This document shows positions 9,537 to 18,421 of a DNA stretch of 64,000 nt, one piece after another. Origin of the DNA: a bacterium (GTDB lineage: Bacteria > UBA8248); assembly GCA_965204535.1 (NCBI GenBank), contig CBDBEV010000001.1, forward strand, positions 1,184,001 to 1,248,000. The letters run 5' to 3'. Position numbers and translations under genes: made by a program. The notes below the pieces were generated by a model. It made no database searches. It had not been told where the DNA came from and worked only from the letters and a program-made list of their open reading frames with translations. Within the stretch, counting starts at the first letter, position 1. Every line of letters starts with the position of its first letter.

Positions 9537-10988
9537 GTGAACCCCTATACCCGAGGGCTGGGCCTCGTTGTCCTCATCGCGTTTTCCCCCGCATCCGTAT
9601 CGGCGCATGGGTTCGGTCAAAGGTATGATCTGCCCGTGCCGCTGGGTTTGTTCATGCTCGGGGCGGGCGCATCCGTGGTGCTTTCGTTTTTGGGCATGGG
9701 GCTTTTCGTACGTAAAAAACAAGATAGCGTGGGTTATCCTAGCTGTAACCTGCTCGCCTCCCCCCTTTTCGCATGGATGGGGAGCAAGGTCTTCTTGTTG
9801 TTGATACGAGCTCTTTCCGTCATTTTGTTTTGTGTGACGCTGGCGGCGGGCATCTGGGGAAGCGAAAACCCGGACAAGAACATCGCGCCCACCATGGTCT
9901 GGATCATCTGGTGGGTGGGTCTGGCCTATGTATGCGCGCTGGCGGGGAACCTGTGGTCGCTGGTGAATCCATGGAGCATCATATTTTCCTGGGCGGAGGC
10001 GCTGTACCGGAAAATCAGGCCCGGCGGTTCGTTATCGCCGGAGCAGCCGTTCACCGAAAGCCCGGGCGTGTGGCCGGCTGTGGGCTTGTTCCTGTGGTTC
10101 GCCTGGGCGGAGATCGTCTGGCCGCACAACGACCTTCCCCTTAACCTCGCAGTAGCCGCACTCGGGTATTCCATCATCACCTGGACGGGTATGTTCCTGT
10201 ACGGCAAAGAAGCGTGGCTTAGGCGCGGAGAGGCGTTTTCCATCATATTCGGCGTGATGGGACGCTTCTCGATCACACAGGCGCGCGTGAGCGGAAACGG
10301 AAGAAATGAATGGCGTCTGAGGCCGCCGGCTGTGGGCCTTCTGAACACAGACGGCATGAGCAACTCGATGGTGGTGTTGGTGGTGTTGATGCTGGCGACG
10401 GTGAGCTTCGACGGCTTTATCGAAACACCGCTATGGCACTTGCTTCGTGCGTGGATGTACGAAGGAGTCATTTGGGTGGGGCGAGATGCCCTGCTCGTGG
10501 CGGACACTGTGGCGCTCATCGCGGTTCCGATGCTCTTCCTGGGCGTGTATTACCTGTTCTGCATTCTGATGCGCGCCATGAGCGGGAGCGCACTCTCCAC
10601 GGGGGAATTCGCCCGCTTGTTCGTGCTTTCGTTGGTTCCCATCGCGATTGGATACCATGTGGCGCATTATTTCTCCTTTCTCTTCATTCAAGGGCAACGC
10701 ATCATCCCGCTGCTGTCCGATCCCTTCGGGATAGGCTGGAACCTGTGGGGAACCGCTGCCTATAAGGTCGATATCGGTGTCGTTGGCGCGAGAACGACCT
10801 GGTATGTTTCCATTGCCGCGATTGTCATCGGCCATATATGCGCCGTCTATCTGGCGCATGTGACGGCGTTGCGCGCACTCGATAATCGCTTCGCCGCCGT
10901 GCGCAGCCAATATCCGATGCTCGTCCTCATGGTGGGCTATACCATGGTGAGTTTGTGGATCATCGCACAGCCGATAACGGGGGGCTGA
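9537..10988 (+). CDS. Multi-pass membrane protein with N-terminal AHGFGQRYDLPVP motif (family often auto-annotated as fenitrothion hydrolase)
   Basis: GTG start with GAGG SD; about 11 TM segments; PIAIGYHVAHY, SDPFG, SQYPM motifs. Confidence 0.75.
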   Translation: MNPYTRGLGLVVLIAFSPASVSAHGFGQRYDLPVPLGLFMLGAGASVVLSFLGMGLFVRKKQDSVGYPSCNLLASPLFAWMGSKVFLLLIRALSVILFCVTLAAGIWGSENPDKNIAPTMVWIIWWVGLAYVCALAGNLWSLVNPWSIIFSWAEALYRKIRPGGSLSPEQPFTESPGVWPAVGLFLWFAWAEIVWPHNDLPLNLAVAALGYSIITWTGMFLYGKEAWLRRGEAFSIIFGVMGRFSITQARVSGNGRNEWRLRPPAVGLLNTDGMSNSMVVLVVLMLATVSFDGFIETPLWHLLRAWMYEGVIWVGRDALLVADTVALIAVPMLFLGVYYLFCILMRAMSGSALSTGEFARLFVLSLVPIAIGYHVAHYFSFLFIQGQRIIPLLSDPFGIGWNLWGTAAYKVDIGVVGARTTWYVSIAAIVIGHICAVYLAHVTALRALDNRFAAVRSQYPMLVLMVGYTMVSLWIIAQPITGG

Positions 10989-11139
10989 CGGCCTGCGGGC
11001 AAACGGGCGGTTAACTATTTCACCTCCTGCGCCGCTTTATCTTGCCTCGACATGGCCATGTCCCCCCTCCTCTGATAAGACATCATCCTTGTGCCGTTTC
11101 TGTTCATATTTTTTCTTATTTTAGGCTGGGGGAAACGTC

Positions 11140-12021
11140 TTGAACGATACGCTGCTGGCGGCGGGGTTCGCCTTGGGCACCGCGTCAATGTCCTCGGCCT
11201 TCAGCCTCATCGCCAGACGCGGGCAACGGCACGGCACGGCCATCACGGGCGTGGTCATCGGTCTGATTGTGAACGTCCCCTGGCTGGTAGCGCTGACCAT
11301 CCTCACCTGGGAACCCGCCTATTGGAGCTCGGAAGCCTGGTTCTGGTTCTTCCTGTCGGGCATCACGGGACCCTCGCTCGGCCGAGTGTTCATGTTCCGG
11401 GCGATACATCGCCTGGGCGTTTCACGCGCGGTTCCCCTCCTGGCGGCCAATCCGCTTTTTTCGGCCGGTTTCGCCTATATTTTTCTTGGGGAGCGGCCGG
11501 GGCCTTACGTGTGGGCGGGGATTTTCCTGGTCGTTTTGGGGTGCGTGGGGATCACCTACCAGCGCAAGAGCGACGCTCCCTGGGACAGGCGCGCCATCTG
11601 GCTGCCGCTCTTGTCCGTTCTGGGGTTTTCCACGTCGAACATTTTCAGAAAAATCGGGATCGAGGTCGTTCCTTCCGCACTACTCGGCATCACGCTCACC
11701 AGTTTTTTCGGTTTGGTGGCGCTGGTCGCGGTTTTGTGGTTTCTGCCTAAACCCCAGCGCCCGTCTCTCAAGTGGGGAAAGGCCTGGCATTTCTATGGGC
11801 CCTGTGGGCTCATCAACACGCTGGCGTTTTTGAGTCACTTCGCCGCTTTGAAATATGGGGATATTTCGGTCGTATCGCCGCTTTCATCCACCGCGCCGCT
11901 TTTCGCGCTCTTCTACACCTGGATTTTCCTGCGCGATATGGAGCGCATTACGTTGCCCATATTGATGGGGACGGTCTGCGTCGTCGCGGGAGGGGCGATC
12001 ATCGCCTTGAAAGCGATGTAG
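11140..12021 (+). CDS. DMT/EamA family transporter, paralog of 8093..8974
   Basis: Same length and shared motifs (GQRH, GLIV, TWEPA, LGERPGPY, YGD, ERIT). Confidence 0.85.
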   Translation: MNDTLLAAGFALGTASMSSAFSLIARRGQRHGTAITGVVIGLIVNVPWLVALTILTWEPAYWSSEAWFWFFLSGITGPSLGRVFMFRAIHRLGVSRAVPLLAANPLFSAGFAYIFLGERPGPYVWAGIFLVVLGCVGITYQRKSDAPWDRRAIWLPLLSVLGFSTSNIFRKIGIEVVPSALLGITLTSFFGLVALVAVLWFLPKPQRPSLKWGKAWHFYGPCGLINTLAFLSHFAALKYGDISVVSPLSSTAPLFALFYTWIFLRDMERITLPILMGTVCVVAGGAIIALKAM

Positions 12022-12041
12022 CGCGCCGCTTTGCGCCCTGA

Positions 12042-12587
12042 TCAACCCGTGAGAAGCGCCCTGATCGTGGGAGCGATTTCCTTCGCGCGCCCACGGAGTT
12101 GCTCATCCGTGAGGCTGCCCACCGGATGGGGAATATAGGCCACCGGATAGTCCGGCATGCCGCGCACCTTGGAGACCATCTCGACCGTGGGCCGGAACGG
12201 CTCGGTGCAGATGACGGCGGTGGGGACGCCTTTTTTCTCGAGTTCGATTCCATCGTGCACACTGCACGAAGAGCAGGAGCCTCAGTCGCCCACCGCAGTG
12301 ATGGCGAGGTCGCATTTCTCGGCCATCTCCGCGTAAACCTCCGGCTTGGCCGGGCGGGTGTCGTATTCTTTCGATAGCTCAACGGCGAGATTTGGGTCCG
12401 CGCCGTCCGCCCGCAATTCATCCAGTATGTAGCGCATCAGCTTGTCCGCGCCTACCTTGGAGTTCCAGAGCAGGCCGATGCGCTTGCCGGAGAGCGCGCC
12501 GTCGCGGCTTGTGCGGTCTTCGGTTTCGATTTCCGGCTCCACGGTCGGATCGTAAATCGGTATCGCCGCCTCCACTATGGGGTTCAT
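12042..12587 (-). CDS. UGSC-motif selenoprotein (181 aa, Sec at codon 102)
   Basis: ORFs 12282..12653 and 12042..12260 are in the same frame; read-through gives ...AVGD-U-GSCSSCSVHDGIELEKKG. GAGGAGG SD before ATG 12587; hairpin follows the TGA. Confidence 0.88.
12249..12281 (-). promoter_or_regulatory. Bacterial SECIS-like hairpin
   Basis: TGA, 12 nt, then TCGTGCA-GTG-TGCACGA; the apical loop starts with G, 19 nt after the UGA. Confidence 0.75.
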
Positions 12588-12677
12588 CGAATACCTCCTC
12601 TTGTGTATGTATGACTGCGCAGATGATTTCTCGTATCGTATTCCATCAATCAATCTTCTCTTCTGACACTTCTTTCT

Positions 12678-13718
12678 TCAACCACGAGACTCGCGCCGTT
12701 CGGCCGCGCTCAGCACAGGGCGGGTGACGAACTCGCCGTTTCGCCTTCTGCTCCATGAGGGAACCCAGGAGGAATGCCCGCCGGCCTCGCCTCCCGCGAC
12801 GACGATGTAGATGTCTTCGGGCTTGAGCGCGTGGCGCACATTACCGTTTTTATCGGCGTCGATGGGCTTGTCGAGCTTGCCGGTGCGCAGGAGTTGGCTC
12901 AAGGGAAGCGTCGCCTTTTCAAACAGATACTCTTTCAGCTCCTTTTTCGAGGGAAATTCCTCGGCCAGCAGATGCACGTGCTCAGGCGCAAAGACGAAAC
13001 AAGATTGCCCCTCGCTCATGCTGCCCAGACCCGCCATGGTGGCGGCGGCGGTTTCCGCAATTCCGCGCCCCTTTCCATAGTGGTTCTGGATGTTGTGCGG
13101 ACTCTCGGCGGCGAGAAGCGTCACCGTACTTGTTTGAGTTGAATAGCCGAGTTCGACGTTCAATGGCTCCCAAGGGCTCGTTTCCTCCCATTCGGCGAAG
13201 GTGAAGCTGTATTTGCCCGGATTCCCCTGGGTGGAGCGATCCAGAAGGCCCGGCTTCGAACCCAGGCAGTTGATGATGATAAGCCTGAGCGCGCGGCCTA
13301 TCGTCGCTCCCGCGCGGTTGCCCGGCCCGTAAATGTTCCCCTGCATGTTGAGGCCAATCTCATGGCGAATCGGGCCGTTTACGACCATGAAGGGCGCTGC
13401 TCCGCCCGTGCTCGTGGCGCTGGAGTGAATGTTGTAGGCCGGATTGGCCATGGCTTCGAGCGCGGCGAGTATGACGGGCATATAGGAGGGCAGACACCCC
13501 GCCATGATGGCGTTCAGGGCCACTTTTCCGGCCCGGACGGTTCTTTTCCGCTCCGCCAGATGAAAGACGACGTCATCGGCGTCGAGTCCCGAAGCCTCCA
13601 GAAAGTGCTCCAAGAGGTCAGGCGTCGGGGGAACCACGGGCAGGCCGTCCGTCCAGCCTTTCTCGTGATACATTTCTATCGCCTCATAGACGTCCGCCGC
13701 TTCACTCACCGCTTCCAT
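12678..13718 (-). CDS. Uncharacterised protein of the GWTDGLPVVPPT family (UGSC-protein partner)
   Basis: GWTDGLPVVPPT, NAIMAGC, GPGNRAGATIGRA, GNPGKY, SPWEP, IVVAGG motifs; directly upstream of the UGSC gene. Confidence 0.85.
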   Translation of the reverse strand: MEAVSEAADVYEAIEMYHEKGWTDGLPVVPPTPDLLEHFLEASGLDADDVVFHLAERKRTVRAGKVALNAIMAGCLPSYMPVILAALEAMANPAYNIHSSATSTGGAAPFMVVNGPIRHEIGLNMQGNIYGPGNRAGATIGRALRLIIINCLGSKPGLLDRSTQGNPGKYSFTFAEWEETSPWEPLNVELGYSTQTSTVTLLAAESPHNIQNHYGKGRGIAETAAATMAGLGSMSEGQSCFVFAPEHVHLLAEEFPSKKELKEYLFEKATLPLSQLLRTGKLDKPIDADKNGNVRHALKPEDIYIVVAGGEAGGHSSWVPSWSRRRNGEFVTRPVLSAAERRESRG

Positions 13719-13908
13719 GTGGTCTCCTGTGTATGGGATGATTATTTACCATAAAACAACAGGATACCGCAGGGAGCCGGTTTTGAAAATGCGGGTTTGC
13801 GTCCCGGGCTCCCGGTTTCATTGATGCTTCGGGACTGGTATATCATCCCTTCGGTATCTGGTATCCGGCCGCCGCTTTCGGGTGCGGCGCATATAAATGA
13901 AGAGGGGA

Positions 13909-14520
13909 ATGTCTCGTATGGATTTCGAGTTGATTCGCGCCGTAAACGCCCATTTTGAGCCATTTTATCCCTATGCGGCGGCGGAGATTCACGCTGAATA
14001 CGGGCGCGCTACGGGCGACGTCCTCGAAATCGGCCCCTACGGCCCCGGCGTGGTGCTCGCCCTGGCGGCGCGCTGCCCCGGGATGCGCCTCACATGCGGA
14101 GACGATACCGACCGCTTGAACGACTACCTCGCCGAAACGGTTGCGGAGGCGGGCATGTCCGCGCGCGTCCGCGTGGAACCACTTGATAAATATAGCCTTC
14201 CGTTCGAGGCTGGCTCTTTCGACCTCGTCGTCTTCCGGGGCGGGCTTTTCTTCTGGGAGGAGCAGGAGAGAATCGTCGCCGAGATGAATCGCGTCCTGAA
14301 GCCCGGCGGGATGGGCGCGCACGGCGGCGGTTTCGGGGCGGGGGCGTCGGATGCGCTCATCGAATCGCTGCTGCCCGAAGCGCGCGCGTTGAACGACCGC
14401 CTCGGCAAGAAGCGCCTCTCTCGCGCGGATGTGCGCCAAATCGCTGAAAATGCAGGACTTGCGTTTTTCAGAATCGCGTCCGAACACGGCCTTTGGCTCT
14501 TTTGGGAGAAGACGGGCTAG
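13909..14520 (+). CDS. Class I SAM-dependent methyltransferase
   Basis: VLEIGP, LPFEAGSFDLV, EMNRVLKPGG; GAGGGG SD before ATG 13909. Confidence 0.85.
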   Translation: MSRMDFELIRAVNAHFEPFYPYAAAEIHAEYGRATGDVLEIGPYGPGVVLALAARCPGMRLTCGDDTDRLNDYLAETVAEAGMSARVRVEPLDKYSLPFEAGSFDLVVFRGGLFFWEEQERIVAEMNRVLKPGGMGAHGGGFGAGASDALIESLLPEARALNDRLGKKRLSRADVRQIAENAGLAFFRIASEHGLWLFWEKTG

Positions 14521-14548
14521 CGTTTTCCGCGCATTTCACACCCCGTAA

Positions 14549-14812
14549 TTCCCCGCATTTGCCGTCGCGCGCACGCCTCCTGAGCCGTGGTATTCTCACG
14601 GTGCTTCTGCGGGGGAGGGGATTTTCACCCGCGAAACTCCCCGCATTTGCCCGCACTTCCCCTCGAAAATTTGTCGGCAATTTATCGAAAAACACCGTGA
14701 ATTTATCGATATTTATCGAATTTTCCAGAAATTCCTTATTCTCGAACGCGGCGGTGCGCTTCTCCATCATACTCCGGTGCGCTGAATATCCCGCGACGGC
14801 AAATGCTGGGAA
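14549..14812. repeat. Intergenic element bounded by a 21-bp inverted repeat, with internal ATTTATCGA repeats
   Basis: 14549-14569 versus 14792-14812 match 20/21 as an inverted repeat; ATTTATCGA at 14680, 14701 and 14711. Confidence 0.6.
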
Positions 14813-14988
14813 ATGCGTGGTCAAAAGCGAGCGAGGAGCGAGCGTTTGCGCGCCCCGAGGAGGTCAATCGCGACCGAGGGAAAGTGATTCTTAGTTGCCG
14901 ACAGATGAAAGAGGGTCAGGCTCGACCGAGAGGGGAGAGTTTGTCGACCGGGGAGGAGGGGCATGGCGAGGTTGCGTCCAGGCTTCTC

Positions 14989-15546
14989 TCACCCGCTCAG
15001 CAAACTCGTCTTCGTGAACACCGCATCCAGCTCGTAGCCGCGCTCGGCGAGGTTCTCGCGGCCGCCTTCTTCGCGGTCCACGAGGCAGATGACATGGACG
15101 ACTTCGAGACCGAAGGCCAGAGCCGCGTCGATGGCCGTGAAGGTGGAGGCTGCGGTGGTTACCACGTCCTCGATGATGGCGGCCTTCATGCCGGGCCTTA
15201 AGTTCCCCGCCCCCTCGATGCGGTTCTGCATCCCGTGGCCCTTCTCGCCCTTGCGGATGATGAAGGCGGGAACATCGCGTCCTTCGAGCGCGGCGGTCAT
15301 CGAGACGGCCGTCACCATCGGGTCAGCACCCAGGGTGGGGCCGCCCACGGCGTCGACGCCCTCCCTGATGCGCTCGTAGATCACCCGGCCCACGAGCCGC
15401 GCCCCCTCGCCGTGCAGCGTCACCTGTCGGCAGTCGACGTAGAAATCGCTCACCCGGCCCGAGGCGAGCGTCACCTGTTTTTTCTCATACGATTTTTCCA
15501 GCAGAAGCCCGCGCAGGGCTTCCAGGTCCGCATCAAAGTTCGTCAT
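14989..15546 (-). CDS. pyrE: Orotate phosphoribosyltransferase
   Basis: TLASGRVSDFYVDCR, IRKGEKGHG, IIEDVVTT (PRPP motif), LVDREEGG. Confidence 0.93.
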   Translation of the reverse strand: MTNFDADLEALRGLLLEKSYEKKQVTLASGRVSDFYVDCRQVTLHGEGARLVGRVIYERIREGVDAVGGPTLGADPMVTAVSMTAALEGRDVPAFIIRKGEKGHGMQNRIEGAGNLRPGMKAAIIEDVVTTAASTFTAIDAALAFGLEVVHVICLVDREEGGRENLAERGYELDAVFTKTSLLSG

Positions 15547-15556
15547 GGCGTCGTCT

Positions 15557-15844
15557 CTATGGTTCGGTGGATGATTCGGGCGCTCCTCCGGCGGCTCTGA
15601 GCTCGTGGTAGATATGGAGCGCCGCTTCCGCGAAGGCTTCGGGCACCATCAAGTGCACCGCGCCCAGGTTCGTCCGGCTGAAGGCGTAGACCGAACCCGC
15701 CGAGTCGTAGCTCAGGTGCACGGGGATTCGTTCGGCCTCAAGCCTGCTCTTGAGGATCAAGGCTTCCATCTGCCCGCCGACGGTGGCGATGCGCCTTAAA
15801 TCGGATGATCCCTTCACGCCTTCCGGCGTCTTGTCGCCCCACAC
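15557..15844 (-). CDS. DUF2007-like small protein
   Basis: EALILKSRLEAERIPV ... VHLMVPE...AEAA pattern; start uncertain. Confidence 0.7.
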   Translation of the reverse strand: MWGDKTPEGVKGSSDLRRIATVGGQMEALILKSRLEAERIPVHLSYDSAGSVYAFSRTNLGAVHLMVPEAFAEAALHIYHELRAAGGAPESSTEP

Positions 15845-15948
15845 GCTCTCGCTCCTCGTTCGGGATTCGGAAACCGCCTCCCATGATCAAAGAAATCGGG
15901 CCGGGGCGCAAGAGCGAAACGCGATTGATGAAGGTGGGTGCGTGGTTT

Positions 15949-16280
15949 TGTAGGGGCGGTTCGCGAACCGCCCCTGCGGACTCCTCACAATTCGAAACGA
16001 ATCTGTAGGGACAGGTCGCGACCTCAGACAGGCGCAGGAGCCTGTCCGCTACGGTGAATAATCCAGAAGGTCGGGATTCACTCCCCCCTTGAGGGGGTTG
16101 TTGAAAAAGCCCCTCTCCTCAGGGGATAAGGGCAACCCCCCCTACCCCCCTTGACAGGGGGGTAAAAAAAGAAAGCCCCCTTGTCAGGGGGCAAGGAAAA
16201 TAAAAGCCCCTCTACCGGCGGCGGGCGTCGCCTTTTCATACCCCCCTGACAAGGGGGGTAGGGGGGGTTGGTTTTCAAGG
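15949..16280. repeat. REP-like palindrome cluster (GTAG family plus ACTCCCCCCTTGAGGGGG and CCCCCCTACCCCCCTTGACAGGGGGG families)
   Basis: GTAGGGGCGGTTCGCGAACCGCCC at 15949; GTAGGGACAGGTCGCGAC at 16005; inverted poly-C/G doublet at about 16135-16275. Confidence 0.85.
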
Positions 16281-16305
16281 CGAGAGCCTGCGCCGCCGAA
16301 CGGCC

Positions 16306-17604
16306 TCACAGCCACGCGAACTTGACGGCGAACAGGAGCGCGACGCCGATCAGCGTCGGCGAGCATTCGCGCCCGCGTCCCGCCATCAATTTGATCAGCA
16401 CGTAGGTGATGACGCCCAGGCCGATGCCGTCTGCGATCGAGAACGTCAGCGGGATGGCGATGACTGTCATGATCGCCGCGGCCGATTCGGTGACGTCGCC
16501 CCAGTCCAGGTCCATGAGCGGGCGCGCCATCAGGCACGCCACGTAGAGGATGGCCGCCGCCGTCGCGTAGGGCGGAACCGAGCCTGCGAGCGGCGCGAAG
16601 AACAGGCAGGCGAGGAACAACGCGGCCACGACGACCGCGCTCAGGCCCGTGCGTCCGCCCGCGCCGGCACCGGCGGCGCTCTCGATGTAGCTCGTGACGG
16701 GTGAGGTGCCGAGCAGGGCGCCGCCGACCGTTCCCGCCGAGTCGGCGATCAGCGCACGCTGCATTCGCGGAAGCCGTCCCTGGTCATCAAGGAGGTTCGC
16801 CTGGTGCGCCACGCCGATGAGCGTGCCCGTCGTGTCGAACAGGTCGACGAGCAGGAACGTGAGAATGACGGCGAGCATGCTCACCTGCAGCGTGCCGGCG
16901 ATGTCCAGGGCGAAGAGCGTCGGCGTCGGATCGGGCGGCAGCGAGGCGATGCCCCCCCATTTGGAGACGCCGAATATCAGGCCGACGGCGGCGACGCCCA
17001 GCATCCCGATGAGGGCTGCGCCCGGCACCTTGCGCGCGTCGAGCGCCACGATCAGGCAGAAGCCGACCAGGCAGAGCAGCGGCCCGGGCGTCGTCAGGTG
17101 GCCTACGGTGACCAGCGTCGCCTTGCTGGCCTGGATGATGCCGGCGTTCTTGAGCGCGATGATGCCCAGGAACAGTCCGATCCCGGCCGCGATGCCCAGT
17201 TTGAGTCCCTGCGGTATCGCCTCGACGATCCAGCGCCGCACCGGCAGGATGCTGATCGCAAGGAACAACAGGCCGGAGACGAAGACCGCGCCCAGCGCGA
17301 CCTCCCACTTGTGGCCGAGGCCGAGCACGACGCCGTAGGCGAAGAAGGCGTTGAGGCCCATGCCCGGGGCCAGCGCGATCGGGTAGTTGGCGTAAAGGCC
17401 CATCAGCAGCGTAGCGAATGCCGCCGCGAGGCAGGTGGCGACGAACACCGCGTCGAACGGCATGCCGGCGTCAGAGAGTATCTGCGGATTGACGAAGGCG
17501 ATGTAGGCCATCGTCAGGAACGTCGTCGCGCCCGCCGTAATTTCCGTTCGTAGGTTGGTGCCGCGCTGCGCCAGTCCGAAGAAGCGTTCAAGAGTCGCAG
17601 TCAT
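16306..17604 (-). CDS. NCS2/AzgA-family purine (guanine/hypoxanthine) permease
   Basis: TEITAGATTFLTMAYI, ALAPGMGLNAFF, DLFDTTGT, YIESAAG, GGRTGL, PLTFSIADG. Confidence 0.93.
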   Translation of the reverse strand: MTATLERFFGLAQRGTNLRTEITAGATTFLTMAYIAFVNPQILSDAGMPFDAVFVATCLAAAFATLLMGLYANYPIALAPGMGLNAFFAYGVVLGLGHKWEVALGAVFVSGLLFLAISILPVRRWIVEAIPQGLKLGIAAGIGLFLGIIALKNAGIIQASKATLVTVGHLTTPGPLLCLVGFCLIVALDARKVPGAALIGMLGVAAVGLIFGVSKWGGIASLPPDPTPTLFALDIAGTLQVSMLAVILTFLLVDLFDTTGTLIGVAHQANLLDDQGRLPRMQRALIADSAGTVGGALLGTSPVTSYIESAAGAGAGGRTGLSAVVVAALFLACLFFAPLAGSVPPYATAAAILYVACLMARPLMDLDWGDVTESAAAIMTVIAIPLTFSIADGIGLGVITYVLIKLMAGRGRECSPTLIGVALLFAVKFAWL

Positions 17605-17749
17605 GGGTTCCTCACACGGGTTTTTGATGGTGGCTGTTCCGGGCGGTGTTCGATCCGAAATTGCGCCGTAGTCTATTACAGCGGCGATGATTTTTCGAGC
17701 GGGGGGCGCGCCGCCGGTCCGTCTTTGTTATGGATTCTGCGATTTTCGT

Positions 17750-18330
17750 TTGTAGGGACAGGCCTCCATGCCTGTCCTGATGGCAACCATCCTGCAAAGG
17801 ACAACCACGGAGGGTTGTCCCTACCATACGAATACATTCACCCCGTAGGGACAGGTCGCGGTCCCTATCGTTGAAAAAGTCCCTCTCCCAGGGGATAAAG
17901 GCAACCCCCCCTACCCCCCCTTGTCAGGGGGGTAAAAAAACCCGATGAACGAGTAAGATACACTCCTTCCTTGAGGAAAGTTGGCGACGGAGTAGAGAAG
18001 AGATTCACTCCCCCCTCAAGGGAGGAGTTGATTCTTTTTTGCGGGGTTGCTTTTTCATACCCCCCTGACAAGGGGGGGTAGGGGGGGTTAGTTTTCGAGG
18101 CAGGTGGCGTAGGGGTCAGAGATATATGTCTGACTGTGTGTTCTCCCGTTTTGGTTGGGCAAACGGGCGGACACAGGGGTCCGCCCCTACGAACTTCTCC
18201 GCATCGAAACAAACCCGTAGGGGCGGGCCCCTGTGCCCGCCCGTTTGGAGGAGCCCGTCAGACAACCCTTTTCATCAGGACAGGCACGGGGGCCTCGGAC
18301 AGGCGCAGGGGCCTGTCCCTGCTACGGCGA
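17750..18330. repeat. REP-like palindrome cluster
   Basis: Several GTAGGG...CCCTAC units plus poly-C/G palindromes of both families. Confidence 0.85.
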
Positions 18331-18421
18331 ACTATCCCGAAGGTCGGGAACCCCTCCCCCCCATCTGGTTTCCCCTTCCATGAAATGGTAGTTTGGTGCC
18401 GATTGAACGGGAGGAGACCCC

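Noticed and set aside
12042-12653. Nonsense-mutated pseudogene or two separate small genes (same question for 37246..38043)
   Set aside because: In both cases the TGA falls at a redox Cys-equivalent position, the frame continues, and a SECIS-like hairpin follows. Sec recoding is more parsimonious.
13790-13840. c-di-GMP-I riboswitch suggested by GGGACGCAAA on the minus strand
   Set aside because: The upstream GGCAAAC / GNRA-tetraloop stem and the receptor stem are not recognisable.
14527-14988. 6S RNA, RNase P RNA, tmRNA or tRNA in the long intergenic region
   Set aside because: No diagnostic conserved sequences (RNase P GAGGAAAGUCC, tRNA-like T-arm/CCA ends) were found by eye; an Infernal search is needed to exclude them fully.
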